A stretch of DNA of 64,000 nt from Candidatus Sysuiplasma jiujiangense (GCA_019721075.1 JAHEAD010000001.1:124001-188000); one strand, 5' to 3'; shown: positions 41,770 to 51,134, numbered from the stretch's first letter. The notes: generated from the sequence alone by a model not told the origin. Program-made: numbers and translations.

Positions 41770-42463
41770 GAAGCACTTGATTGCAAAAGAAAAAATACTG
41801 CAGAAGGACAGGGCAGAACTTGAAGGGAGGGATGTTTCAGGACAGTGGAACATTTTCATACAGCAGAGAATCCTGTCACAATATGAGCCGTCCATTGCAG
41901 AGGATATTGCATCGACGCATGAAGGGAGAACCATCAACAGATGCTGGCAATGCGGTACTTGCACATCCGGTTGCTGTATGCATACTGATTTCGGCCTTCG
42001 GGAGTTCAATCCCCGATACTTCATTTATCTTGCAAGGATTGGGGATGAGGAAGAACTGAAGAAACAGAAGGATGTTATCTGGCGCTGCCTATCATGCAAC
42101 AAGTGCGTTGAAAGATGCCCGAAGGATGTGAGGGTTGAAGAGGTCATACATGCCATTGACGGGTACATGAGGAAGAAGGGATGGATGACTGATACTCCCG
42201 CAAGCAGGTGGGACAGGGAGTATGTCAACAATGTCCTGGAGACTGGAATACTTGATGAAATAATGCTCCTCAGGAACTATATCAAGAAGGAGGAACTGAA
42301 GGAATTTGACTCCGGCTACATGATGAGGATGGGGATGCGCCTTGCCAGAACTGGTAGACTGAGAACCGGTCCCGTCAGGCACAGGACAAAAGGCTGGAAG
42401 AAGATCAAAAAAGTCGCTGAAGAAATACTGGAAAAGGATGGATATGAACTACCAAAAAGGTGA
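41756..42463 (+). CDS. hdrC2: sHdr subunit C2
   Basis: MPIHEK, DVSG.WN, RCWQCGTCTSGC, FNPRY, IWRCLSCNKCVERCPKDV. Confidence 0.92.
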   Translation: MPIHEKHLIAKEKILQKDRAELEGRDVSGQWNIFIQQRILSQYEPSIAEDIASTHEGRTINRCWQCGTCTSGCCMHTDFGLREFNPRYFIYLARIGDEEELKKQKDVIWRCLSCNKCVERCPKDVRVEEVIHAIDGYMRKKGWMTDTPASRWDREYVNNVLETGILDEIMLLRNYIKKEELKEFDSGYMMRMGMRLARTGRLRTGPVRHRTKGWKKIKKVAEEILEKDGYELPKR

Positions 42464-43355
42464 TATTGCTTTTTACCCTGGCTGTTCGCTAGACGGACTC
42501 GGAAAAGCTTACAGGAAGAGCTCGGAGCTTGTAACAAAGGATCTGGGCATTCAGATGGAAGAGATTGTGAACTATAACTGCTGTGGAGCGGCGGAAGTCA
42601 AGACCGTGAGCTACGATCTGTCCGTTTTTCTCCCCGGAAGAAATCTCGCACTTGCAAAAGAAATGGGTTCAAAGACAGTCGTTGCGCCTTGCAATGGATG
42701 TGTCTTTTCTCTGGGAAGAGCAAATAAAGCGATAGCTGAAGACACCGCGACCAAAGAAAGGGTTAACGAATATCTTGAAAGGGCCGGTGCACCATCATAT
42801 AATGGTGAAGTGGAGGTAAAGCACATAATAGAAGTCATATACCAGCAGGCCGGACTCGATACAATCCGCAACATGGTCAGGAGACCACTGAAAGGCATAA
42901 AAGTTGCCTGTTACTACGGTTGCCTGTACACCAGGCCAAAGATTTACACAGGAGCTGGTTCCTGGGATAAAGACAACCCGGAACACCCCCACTTCATGGA
43001 CGACATCATGGAAGCAATAGGGGCAGAAGTGGTCGACTACCCTCTGAAAACGGTATGCTGCGGTGGCGGCCATGCAATAGCCGATCGTGAGGTATCTGTT
43101 GGCTTCAGCGCTTCAATACTTAATGAAGCGGCAAGAGCAGGGGCTGATTTTGTAGTAACAATGTGTCCTCTGGGGCAGATGAATATCGAGGCAAACATAC
43201 CAATGATTGTAAAGCAATATGGTCAGCAGATAGTGAGGCCGGTCGTTTATTTCACTCAGCTAATGGCGCTTGCATTCGGCCACAGCCGGAGAGATGTGCG
43301 ACTTGGAGACAATTTTTCCGATGGTGGAAAGATTTTACGCCAGAAGGGATTCTAG
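42438..43355 (+). CDS. hdrB2: sHdr subunit B2
   Basis: AFYPGCSL, YNCCGA, RNLA, APCNGC, YYGCLYTRP, CCGG.H, MCPLG; CCG domains. Confidence 0.92.
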   Translation: MDMNYQKGDIAFYPGCSLDGLGKAYRKSSELVTKDLGIQMEEIVNYNCCGAAEVKTVSYDLSVFLPGRNLALAKEMGSKTVVAPCNGCVFSLGRANKAIAEDTATKERVNEYLERAGAPSYNGEVEVKHIIEVIYQQAGLDTIRNMVRRPLKGIKVACYYGCLYTRPKIYTGAGSWDKDNPEHPHFMDDIMEAIGAEVVDYPLKTVCCGGGHAIADREVSVGFSASILNEAARAGADFVVTMCPLGQMNIEANIPMIVKQYGQQIVRPVVYFTQLMALAFGHSRRDVRLGDNFSDGGKILRQKGF

Positions 43356-43370
43356 TCAAGGGAGGTAGGA

Positions 43371-43823
43371 ATGATGACGTTCATAAATGGATGTGAACTG
43401 CCCGACAACCTGCTCTACTTTGTGGAAGGAAACCAGATGTCGTGGATAAGACTGGAAGAAGATGAGGCTGTCATAGGACTGACGGATCCCGCCCAGACAA
43501 GGGCCGGAAAGATAGTTGTTATCAGGGTGAAGGGGGAGGGCACAAGCAGACCAAAGGGAAAGCCACTGGCAACAATTGAAAGCGGAAAGTGGGCAGGTGC
43601 TGTTCTGTCACCGTTAACAGGCGTAGTCGTGAAACCCAATGAGGAACTCACCGCCCATCCTGAACTGATTAACAACGATCCTTACGGTAAAGGATGGATT
43701 GTCAGGGTGAAAATGATCAATCGGGAGGAAAGCAGTTCTCTCCTCCGGGGTGAACAGGCCATGGAAAAATACAGAGAACTGATAGGCAGGGACAACATAC
43801 GCTGCATCAGATGCCAGCAGTGA
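43371..43823 (+). CDS. lbpA: Lipoate-binding protein (GcvH-like)
   Basis: N-terminal GCELP..L.Y, lipoyl motif IESGKWAG, N.DPYG.GWI, C-terminal RCIRC. Follows hdrB2. Confidence 0.88.
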   Translation: MMTFINGCELPDNLLYFVEGNQMSWIRLEEDEAVIGLTDPAQTRAGKIVVIRVKGEGTSRPKGKPLATIESGKWAGAVLSPLTGVVVKPNEELTAHPELINNDPYGKGWIVRVKMINREESSSLLRGEQAMEKYRELIGRDNIRCIRCQQ

Positions 43824-43824
43824 G

Positions 43825-44211
43825 GTGGCAAATATGGTTGAAGTTGAAGGAAAGAAGTTGCTTATTGTGATGACAACAGGCCCGGAAGATCCTGAGAAGA
43901 CATATGCCCCATTCTATACAGCAGCACTCTCTGCTGCGATGGAGGTGGATACATCAATGTACTTCCTCATGCACGCGCCAAAGCTTCTGAAAAATGGCTC
44001 CGCGGAACAGGTCAGACTGAAGAAAGGCGGAACACTGAAGCAGTTCATTAACATGGCGCTGGAGGGAGGAGTGAAATTCTATGCCTGCGAGGAAAGCTTG
44101 CGCGATCTTTGCGACATAGATCCGAAGGATGTAATAGAAGGGGTTAAAGTTGTCGGCTCCTCCACACTGGCTGATCTTGCACTTGACTCAGATTCGGTTC
44201 TAAGTTTTTGA
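43825..44211 (+). CDS. dsrE: DsrE-family protein
   Basis: TTGPEDPEK.YAPF..A, GVKFYACEESL, VVG. Confidence 0.85.
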   Translation: MANMVEVEGKKLLIVMTTGPEDPEKTYAPFYTAALSAAMEVDTSMYFLMHAPKLLKNGSAEQVRLKKGGTLKQFINMALEGGVKFYACEESLRDLCDIDPKDVIEGVKVVGSSTLADLALDSDSVLSF

Positions 44212-44212
44212 G

Positions 44213-45340
44213 GTGAAGATGACGGACCTTGAGATAATAAATCTCGGTCCCGTAGACGGTTATGTAATGACAAACGTGTTTGTTGCTCTTTCGTACGCAG
44301 TCAGCGAGGAAAGGCGCAATGATGTGCTTGTCTTATGCCACCCTGAAAAGCCATTTGCGAACGTAGGGTTCCATCAGGAGACGCTCAGGGAGATTGACAT
44401 TGACTATTGCACAAGACATTCCATACCCGTTGTCAGAAGGGTTATCGGAGGGGGGGCGATAGCAGACGGACCATGGGAGGAAGATTACTTCCTAATAAGC
44501 AGGATCGGTTCTAAGTCGACACGGGGAACGTTAAAGGAATATTACGGCAGGATGCTTGAACCAGTTTCATCCGCATTGCACAGACTGGGGCTGAACGCAA
44601 CCAGACAGGGGCTGAACGACCTTGCAGTGGATGGCAGAAAGATTAGCGCAAACGGGGCTGTGGACATAGAAGGGGCAAGGGTTCTTACAGGCGATATTCT
44701 TCTAGACCTGAACATCGACATCATGGCAGGCATACTGAAGGTCCCGGAAGAAAAATTCAGGGATAAAATAGCAAAAACGATGATGGAGCATCTAACGGGA
44801 ATCAGACAGACTCTTGGACGGGAAATCGAACGGGGAGAAATTGACAAACTGCTTGCAGAGGAGTTTGGAAGACTCTACGACGGCGTGAAAAGTTCTGATA
44901 TAACAGAACATGAGAAAAAGCGTCTTGACCTGTTGGTAGAGGAAAGGAAAAGACAGGAGTGGATTTTCTCTCGGGACAGTGATAGGAGCGAGCTATTTGC
45001 AGATCGCAGGATAGTCAAGATCAATGAGGGTACTTTTCTTTGCAAGGCAGACTACAAAGCACAGAAGCTGATACGAGTTACAATGCTTGTTGAGTCAGGG
45101 AGGATTAAAAATATAGCCATTTCGGGGGACTTTTTTACCGTGCCCGTAAGCTGGAAGCTGGAAAGACTTGAAAGACGCCTTGAGGGAACTCCTCTGAATC
45201 ATGAAGATATCAAATCCATTGTTGACACTTTGATTTCTCAGGATGGCGTAACAGTGCTCGGCGCGGAGCCAGAAGATTTCGCATCTGCAATAATGGATGC
45301 CGCCAGGCATCCGGAAATTTCGAATGAAAACAGAGGCTGA
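44213..45340 (+). CDS. lplA: Lipoate--protein ligase, catalytic and C-terminal domains fused
   Basis: VGFHQ...EID...C, VVRRVIGGGA, ND..V.GRKIS.NG, KVPEEKFRDK, C-terminal ISGDFF. Confidence 0.85.
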   Translation: MKMTDLEIINLGPVDGYVMTNVFVALSYAVSEERRNDVLVLCHPEKPFANVGFHQETLREIDIDYCTRHSIPVVRRVIGGGAIADGPWEEDYFLISRIGSKSTRGTLKEYYGRMLEPVSSALHRLGLNATRQGLNDLAVDGRKISANGAVDIEGARVLTGDILLDLNIDIMAGILKVPEEKFRDKIAKTMMEHLTGIRQTLGREIERGEIDKLLAEEFGRLYDGVKSSDITEHEKKRLDLLVEERKRQEWIFSRDSDRSELFADRRIVKINEGTFLCKADYKAQKLIRVTMLVESGRIKNIAISGDFFTVPVSWKLERLERRLEGTPLNHEDIKSIVDTLISQDGVTVLGAEPEDFASAIMDAARHPEISNENRG

Positions 45341-46427
45341 AAGTTTGAAAAGCGAACTGAGGGAAATTCTGTCGACAGTTCCGCATCCTGAAAGGCGTTC
45401 CTCCCTGATAGAGCTGGGTATGATATCTTCGATTAATGCAGAAGGAAAAAGAGTCAGGGTCGTTGCCTCCATACCTGAAGGATACCAACTGGCAGACATC
45501 ATAAAATCAGACATAGAAACGGTGTTGAAGGATGCTGGATACGACTGCGCAGTTGAATTCACAATCAAAGGGAAGACCGTGCCGGATGAAAGGAAGTCAA
45601 GGAAACTTCCCATAATTGTCACAGGAACCAGAGAAAGAACAGGCATAGACGCACTTCCACGGAACGACATAGGAAATATCATCGCCGTGGCATCCGGCAA
45701 GGGAGGAGTGGGAAAGAGCTTTATTACGACCGCGATAGCGACGCATCTTACCTCACTGGGATACAGGACAGGCATACTGGACGCAGACATCACTGGTCCG
45801 TGTATTTCTCGAATGCTTGGACTGAGGGACCTTCCTGAACTCGGGGAAAATAACAGAATGAAGCCGCTGGTGTCAAGAATGGGCATCAGGGTGATGTCCA
45901 TTGACCTGATAATGGACAAATTCAAAACACCACTGGTGTGGAGAGGACCTCTGATAAACAGCGCGATCAGAGGGTTGTTTTCGGAAACTGAATGGGGTGA
46001 TTTACACTACCTGCTGGTAGATCTGCCTCCCGGCACATCAGATGCACCGCTGACTGTATTCCAGTCGTTGACTCCGGATGGCGTGCTTTTCGTCACCAGT
46101 CCGATGGAAGTTGCGAGATCCGTAGTTGCCCGTTCAATAGCCATGGCGAGTGAGATGCATGTACCTGTTATAGGAGTGGTTGAGAATATGGCATTTCTCA
46201 GGCTTCCAGACGGTTCGCGCATAAATGTATTTGGAAGAGAGGAAGGCAAAAAAGTTGCTGAGGAGTTTGGTGTTCCATACATTGGATCTGTTCAGCTCGA
46301 TCCTGCCGTTAGCGCGCTGTCAGATCGTGGGGAGATTGAACTTTACAGCAACAGTCAATTCTTCAGGATAATCAGGAATTTGAGATTCAGCCTTCTGCGC
46401 ATTTCACCGGACACAAGAAGGGGATGA
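45324..46427 (+). CDS. Mrp/ApbC/NBP35-family ATPase with N-terminal DUF59-like domain
   Basis: HPE..SSLIELGMI, VASGKGGVGKS, LDADITGP, VWRGP, WG.L.YL.VDLPPGTSD, GVVENM. Confidence 0.88.
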   Translation: MKTEAESLKSELREILSTVPHPERRSSLIELGMISSINAEGKRVRVVASIPEGYQLADIIKSDIETVLKDAGYDCAVEFTIKGKTVPDERKSRKLPIIVTGTRERTGIDALPRNDIGNIIAVASGKGGVGKSFITTAIATHLTSLGYRTGILDADITGPCISRMLGLRDLPELGENNRMKPLVSRMGIRVMSIDLIMDKFKTPLVWRGPLINSAIRGLFSETEWGDLHYLLVDLPPGTSDAPLTVFQSLTPDGVLFVTSPMEVARSVVARSIAMASEMHVPVIGVVENMAFLRLPDGSRINVFGREEGKKVAEEFGVPYIGSVQLDPAVSALSDRGEIELYSNSQFFRIIRNLRFSLLRISPDTRRG

Positions 46428-46430
46428 CTA

Positions 46431-46634
46431 ATGCCCAGAATACGCGTTATATCCAGAATCGGGAATCCATTCTTTTCCGGGGTAACAGGAAAGACCGCAA
46501 AGACTGTGCCGCCGGAACATCTTGAGATTCTAAACAGTCTCTTCTTTGAAGGTGAAGTGGATAAAGGAGGCACTGTGGAAATCGACGGGCGGAGATATGT
46601 GTGCACCTCGTACGGATGGGCATGTGAGGAATAA
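46431..46634 (+). CDS. Hypothetical 67-aa protein with two C-terminal cysteines
   Basis: Tightly packed (3-bp and 1-bp gaps); ends YVCTSYGWACEE. Confidence 0.65.
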   Translation: MPRIRVISRIGNPFFSGVTGKTAKTVPPEHLEILNSLFFEGEVDKGGTVEIDGRRYVCTSYGWACEE

Positions 46635-46635
46635 T

Positions 46636-46986
46636 ATGGAGTCACAGTTCCTTATAATTCTTTTTTCATCTCCAGTGCAGCACAGGGAAGCTGAATCGGC
46701 AAGGGACAGGGCACAGTCACTCATGGCGGCAGGCAAAAAGGTGTCAATATTCCTTCTGGGAGATGGTGTTTACAATGCTTCTGAAGAGCTAATTCAGCCT
46801 GGCAATCCGGGTGTTGTTTCATCTTTTGCTCAGATGGAAGAGGCAGACATTGTTTGCTGTTCGACATGTTTGGCTATGAGGGGAGTGAACAGGCTCATTG
46901 GAACGGCGAGGAAAGGGAGCCTGGAAGATCTTGTGGATAAAATGGAAAAGGCGGATATCATACTGAATTACACGGCGGAGGAATGA
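46636..46986 (+). CDS. DsrE/TusD-like protein
   Basis: SSP, G.KVSIFLLGDGVY, CCSTCLAMRG, GSLEDL. Start re-called at ATG 46636. Confidence 0.8.
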   Translation: MESQFLIILFSSPVQHREAESARDRAQSLMAAGKKVSIFLLGDGVYNASEELIQPGNPGVVSSFAQMEEADIVCCSTCLAMRGVNRLIGTARKGSLEDLVDKMEKADIILNYTAEE

Positions 46987-47318
46987 TGAGAGTTACTGTT
47001 TTGCTGACACGACCTCCCCTATCCACCGCACACGTGACGGAGGCATTGCGCGTCTCCTTAATGCTCGCTGCTCTAGGGCACGACGTATCTCTGGTTCTAA
47101 TTGACGATGGAGTATTCATGCTTCTGGAAAATATGGGAGCCTCATTCGGGCTCGAAACACTGAAAAGGGCGGATGGTGCTGACGGCCTTCATCTGTGTGT
47201 TCACGGTGATTCCGTCAGAAAATTACTGCCTGATATGAAAATACCAGCAACTTACAGCATGCTTGAGACCAGAGACATTGCATCAATGATTCTCTCAGAG
47301 AAAGTGCTGGTGTTCTGA
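46983..47318 (+). CDS. DsrF/TusC-like protein
   Basis: LTRPP.......EALR, VSLVLIDDGVF, V..DS, ends KVLVF. Confidence 0.75.
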   Translation: MMRVTVLLTRPPLSTAHVTEALRVSLMLAALGHDVSLVLIDDGVFMLLENMGASFGLETLKRADGADGLHLCVHGDSVRKLLPDMKIPATYSMLETRDIASMILSEKVLVF

Positions 47319-47602
47319 TGCAGGTGCTAATCCACATGCACAGAAGAATTCAAATGAAATCCGGAATTATAGAGGTGGTATCCGAAATCTGCAGGAGAAC
47401 GGAAACAACAATTGTCCTCGGGGGCGCTGCAGTATTTTCCGCCGGTAATTTGCAGCATACGCTCAATTCCTGTCGGGCACAGTATAGATTGTGTGTGGAG
47501 AATGTGGCCGAAAGCCATCCGCTCCCAGCTGATGTTGAGCGTTTGAGCACTGATGAAGTGACAAAGCTTATTGCTGTGACAGAGCGGGTAATACTGTTCT
47601 GA
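47318..47602 (+). CDS. DsrH/TusB-like protein (divergent)
   Basis: Size and position after E and F; IVLGGAAVF, ends EVTKLIA.TERVILF. Confidence 0.55.
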   Translation: MQVLIHMHRRIQMKSGIIEVVSEICRRTETTIVLGGAAVFSAGNLQHTLNSCRAQYRLCVENVAESHPLPADVERLSTDEVTKLIAVTERVILF

Positions 47603-47645
47603 GAAGGTGGCGGCATCAGATCATGCATAGCTGCCACCCGGGCAA

Positions 47646-50390
47646 ATGATAAAAAGTAGCAAACTCTTTAGCATCCTCCAAAAATCAGGGAGAATGCAAT
47701 TGAAAGGGTGTAAACCCGTGTCCGGCAGAACGGAGCTGAGAAGAAACGTCAGCCTTCTGGCCGAAATCCTCGGTGACACAATAAGGCACTTGGAAGGAAA
47801 AGATTCATTCGAAATAGTAGAAAGGGTCAGAAGACTTTCGGTAGACGCAAGACACGGAAATTCATTCGCAGCAGCGGAACTTCAGAGACTCATAGAAGGA
47901 TTCGACGAAAGAAAACTTCTACTGCTTGTAAGGGCGTTCACCGCCTATTTTCATATTACCAATGTTGCTGAGGATGTATACAGGATACGTTCAGTCCGAG
48001 CCGATTCGGGTACGGAAAGAAACAGAGGTTCGGTTGTTGAAATACTGTCAAAACTGAAAGAAGAAGGTCTTAAACCGCTTGAAGTCCAAAACTTTTTCAA
48101 CTCATTGAGCCTTGAATTTGTAGTCACACCTCATCCCACCGAGGTCAGAAGAAAAACAGTAGTTGAGAAGATAAAGAGAGTTGAGGAAGCGCTACTGATA
48201 TCGCATGAATCGGAAACCGCACGACAAAGGAGCAGAGCGCTTGAGGATATCAGGGAGGAAATTACGGGTCTCTGGCTCACTGACGAGCTCAGGGAACGCA
48301 AGCCGGGAATTGAAGATGAGCTGAAGTACGGGCTTTATTTTTTCGATATAAACATAATCGAAATGATTCCGCTTTTTTACAGGCGTCTTGCTTTTGCCTT
48401 TGAGAGCGTGTTTCGGGGAACACAATACCGTTTTCCCACATTTCTGCGCTATACATCATGGATCGGTTCTGATGCCGACGGTAATCCATACACCAGCGGA
48501 AACACACTTCTGACAGCGCTGAAAATGCAGCAGAGGCTCCTCTTTTCAAAATACAAGAGGAAGGTAACAGATCTGATTTCAAGGCTTTCGATATCGACAA
48601 TATATTCGAAAGTTGATCCGGTTATGCTTGATCTCGCTGAAAGATACAGGAAACAGTTCCCTCAAGCGTGGAGCGAAATATCGTCTGTTAACGAGAATGA
48701 ACCTTACAGGGCGTTGTGCAGTTTCATAATAGCTCGGATGGAAGAAACTGAGCTGGGTTCGCGGAATGGCTATCATTCTGGAGAAGAAATGCTTTCTGAT
48801 CTTTTGATTATGCAAAAGAGCTTATCTGACAGCGGTGCCAAGGCAATTGCTGCGGGCGCGCTCGAAGATTTGATAAGAATGGTTGAGACGTTTTCGATTC
48901 ATCTTGCATCACTTGATCTTCGTTTTCATTCAACTGAACAGAAAGAAGCTGTTTGTGATGTTATCAGAGGAATTGGAATTGATATTGAATACAGCAAACT
49001 TGAAGAGATGGAAAGGAAAGAACTGCTCGAAAGTGTTCTTTCTTCAGGAGTCGCCAGTGCAACCAGAACGAAAGCCATGATGCGGCCAAACAGAATTTCC
49101 TCCATGCTCTTGGCGGCGAAGGAGGCACAGCTCAGATTTGGACCAGAGGCAATTGGAAGCTACATTGTAAGCAACACTGATTCAGTAATACAGATTCTTG
49201 AAGCGCTGATTCTGCAGAACTTCGCAGGTCTTGGAGAAAACGGAACGGAAGCACTCCCAATTGTGCCGCTGTTCGAAACATACGAGGACCTGAAGCGATG
49301 TAATGTGATAATGTCTGAGGCGTTCGAAAATTCTCACTACAGGAAGTTTCTGATGCGTAAAGGGAAAATACAGGAAATAATGCTTGGTTATTCAGATAGC
49401 AACAAAGATGCCGGCTACATGACATCCAGATGGCTGATATTCCGCTCCCAGATGGAACTTCTCAAAACAGCCGCAAAGCATGGGATAGGCTTGAAGTTTT
49501 TCCATGGACGTGGTGGTTCCATAAGCAGAGGAGGTGGCCCGGCACGTCTTGCTATCCTGTCCCAGCCAATAGAATCTGCGGAGTGCAGACTCAAGTTTAC
49601 CGAACAGGGAGAGGTGCTCTGGAGCAGATACTTCGACAGCAGCATAACATTCAGAGAATACGAGCAGACAGTAAGCGCTTTGCTAGAGTTGAGTAAGAAA
49701 GGTATTCGGCCACGCGATGACTGGTTCAGAGAAATGGAACGAATTTCTGAAAGTTCACATGAGGCATATCGCAGCCTCCTAAATGACAGGAGACTGCCAG
49801 GATACTTGGAAGAGACGACCCCACTGAGCTACCTGCCACTTTTGAATATGGGAACGCGTCCGGCTTCGAGAGGAAGCATGACTCTTTCAAACCTGAGAGC
49901 AATACCCTGGGTTTTTGCCTGGACACAGAACAGGCACATAATTTCAGGATGGTACGGAGCCGGCGAGGGTCTCTGTACCCGATCTACGTCCAGGAAAAAT
50001 ACGCAGCAGGGAATGCTATCAGAGTGGTATTTCTTCCGTTCAATAATCGACATGCTTGAAATGACGCTTGCCAAAACAGATATGAGAGTCGCTTCCACTT
50101 ATGCAGAATTTGCCTCAAAGGAGAACTCGGGCATCTATAGCAATGTAAAGAAGGAATACCTAAAGACAACAGGGTTAGTAACGTGTCTCAGAAGGGAGAA
50201 GAAACTACTCCAACACAACAGTATGCTGAGCGAGAGCATTTTTCTGAGAAACCCCTATGTTGATATAATAAACCTAGTTCAGGCGGAAACAATGAAAAGA
50301 ATAAAGGAAGGACGCAAAAGCAAGGACCTTGAAAGGATATTGCTGCTGAGCATTAAAGGAATTGCATCCGGTATGAGGAATACAGGTTGA
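47646..50390 (+). CDS. ppc: Phosphoenolpyruvate carboxylase, bacterial/plant type (start uncertain)
   Basis: About 900 aa; HPTE, DGNP, NEPYR, IVPLFET..DL, QEIMLGYSDSNKDAG, FHGRGGSISRGGGP, LRAIPWVFAWTQNR, RNPY, C-terminal GMRNTG. Confidence 0.95.
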   Translation: MIKSSKLFSILQKSGRMQLKGCKPVSGRTELRRNVSLLAEILGDTIRHLEGKDSFEIVERVRRLSVDARHGNSFAAAELQRLIEGFDERKLLLLVRAFTAYFHITNVAEDVYRIRSVRADSGTERNRGSVVEILSKLKEEGLKPLEVQNFFNSLSLEFVVTPHPTEVRRKTVVEKIKRVEEALLISHESETARQRSRALEDIREEITGLWLTDELRERKPGIEDELKYGLYFFDINIIEMIPLFYRRLAFAFESVFRGTQYRFPTFLRYTSWIGSDADGNPYTSGNTLLTALKMQQRLLFSKYKRKVTDLISRLSISTIYSKVDPVMLDLAERYRKQFPQAWSEISSVNENEPYRALCSFIIARMEETELGSRNGYHSGEEMLSDLLIMQKSLSDSGAKAIAAGALEDLIRMVETFSIHLASLDLRFHSTEQKEAVCDVIRGIGIDIEYSKLEEMERKELLESVLSSGVASATRTKAMMRPNRISSMLLAAKEAQLRFGPEAIGSYIVSNTDSVIQILEALILQNFAGLGENGTEALPIVPLFETYEDLKRCNVIMSEAFENSHYRKFLMRKGKIQEIMLGYSDSNKDAGYMTSRWLIFRSQMELLKTAAKHGIGLKFFHGRGGSISRGGGPARLAILSQPIESAECRLKFTEQGEVLWSRYFDSSITFREYEQTVSALLELSKKGIRPRDDWFREMERISESSHEAYRSLLNDRRLPGYLEETTPLSYLPLLNMGTRPASRGSMTLSNLRAIPWVFAWTQNRHIISGWYGAGEGLCTRSTSRKNTQQGMLSEWYFFRSIIDMLEMTLAKTDMRVASTYAEFASKENSGIYSNVKKEYLKTTGLVTCLRREKKLLQHNSMLSESIFLRNPYVDIINLVQAETMKRIKEGRKSKDLERILLLSIKGIASGMRNTG

Positions 50391-51134
50391 ATGACTCTTC
50401 AGAAAAATTCGTAACAAGTCCTGCAATCTGAGCGAACATCACCTTGAATTGGCAATTTCGGATTACAGAATGGCTTAAGAAACACGAAGATTCATTCGAA
50501 TTAAACCGGTAAGTCCGAAAAGATTTGAGAAATTTGCTCGTCAAGGTACACAGTAGGCTGTGGAAAATATGACTATCTGCAAATTAGTACGGGCGGATCC
50601 TTTCACTTCTCATACTCATCATAATCATTCGTAAGTCCACAATAGATGCGTATTTCTCGTCGGAAAAGGTCGTCAGGATATACTTCCAGCATGACGAAGC
50701 TGAGAAGGCGTTCATGGAAGTAAAGGAGAGGAATGCGATGAGAAGGATACTTCACAGGTTCCGGAATAGAGTCAGCACATATCTGAAGGCTGTTAACCAT
50801 CCCTCATATCTGCAGCATGACGTCGCGAAATGGGGGCTGTAGCCGGGAGGCAGGAGAGAGAAGACAACGGAGATAGAGAAACTGAGGGGGCATCTATCTG
50901 GTAAGCGTCATCGGCAGCGGATCTGCAGTCACGCAGAGGGGACGTACTGACGAAGTAGAACATGAATCTCGTGAAGGATATCGATCCGGAAAAACAAGTC
51001 CACGTCCGCTAATTTGTCTATATTCAGGATGGATATTTACACTTGAAGTAACTATTGAGCCTGTCTGCGAAAGCTGTAACCTGTTGAGGTAATGCAGGAA
51101 ATCTAAAAAGATAGGGAATCTGGAGTGGCAAAAT

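Noticed and set aside
37925..43355. Methanogen-type HdrABC or QmoABC interpretation
   Set aside because: The order C1-B1-A-hyp-C2-B2, the short HdrA, and adjacent lbpA/tusA/dsrE fit the sulfur-oxidising sHdr type. No mvh or mcr genes in the window.
43371..43823. Glycine cleavage H protein
   Set aside because: No gcvT/gcvP nearby; the GKW lipoyl motif, terminal cysteines and sHdr context indicate LbpA.
50400..51130. Short ORF 50603-50800 and surrounding DNA
   Set aside because: No recognisable motif; possibly a decayed gene, but unsupported.
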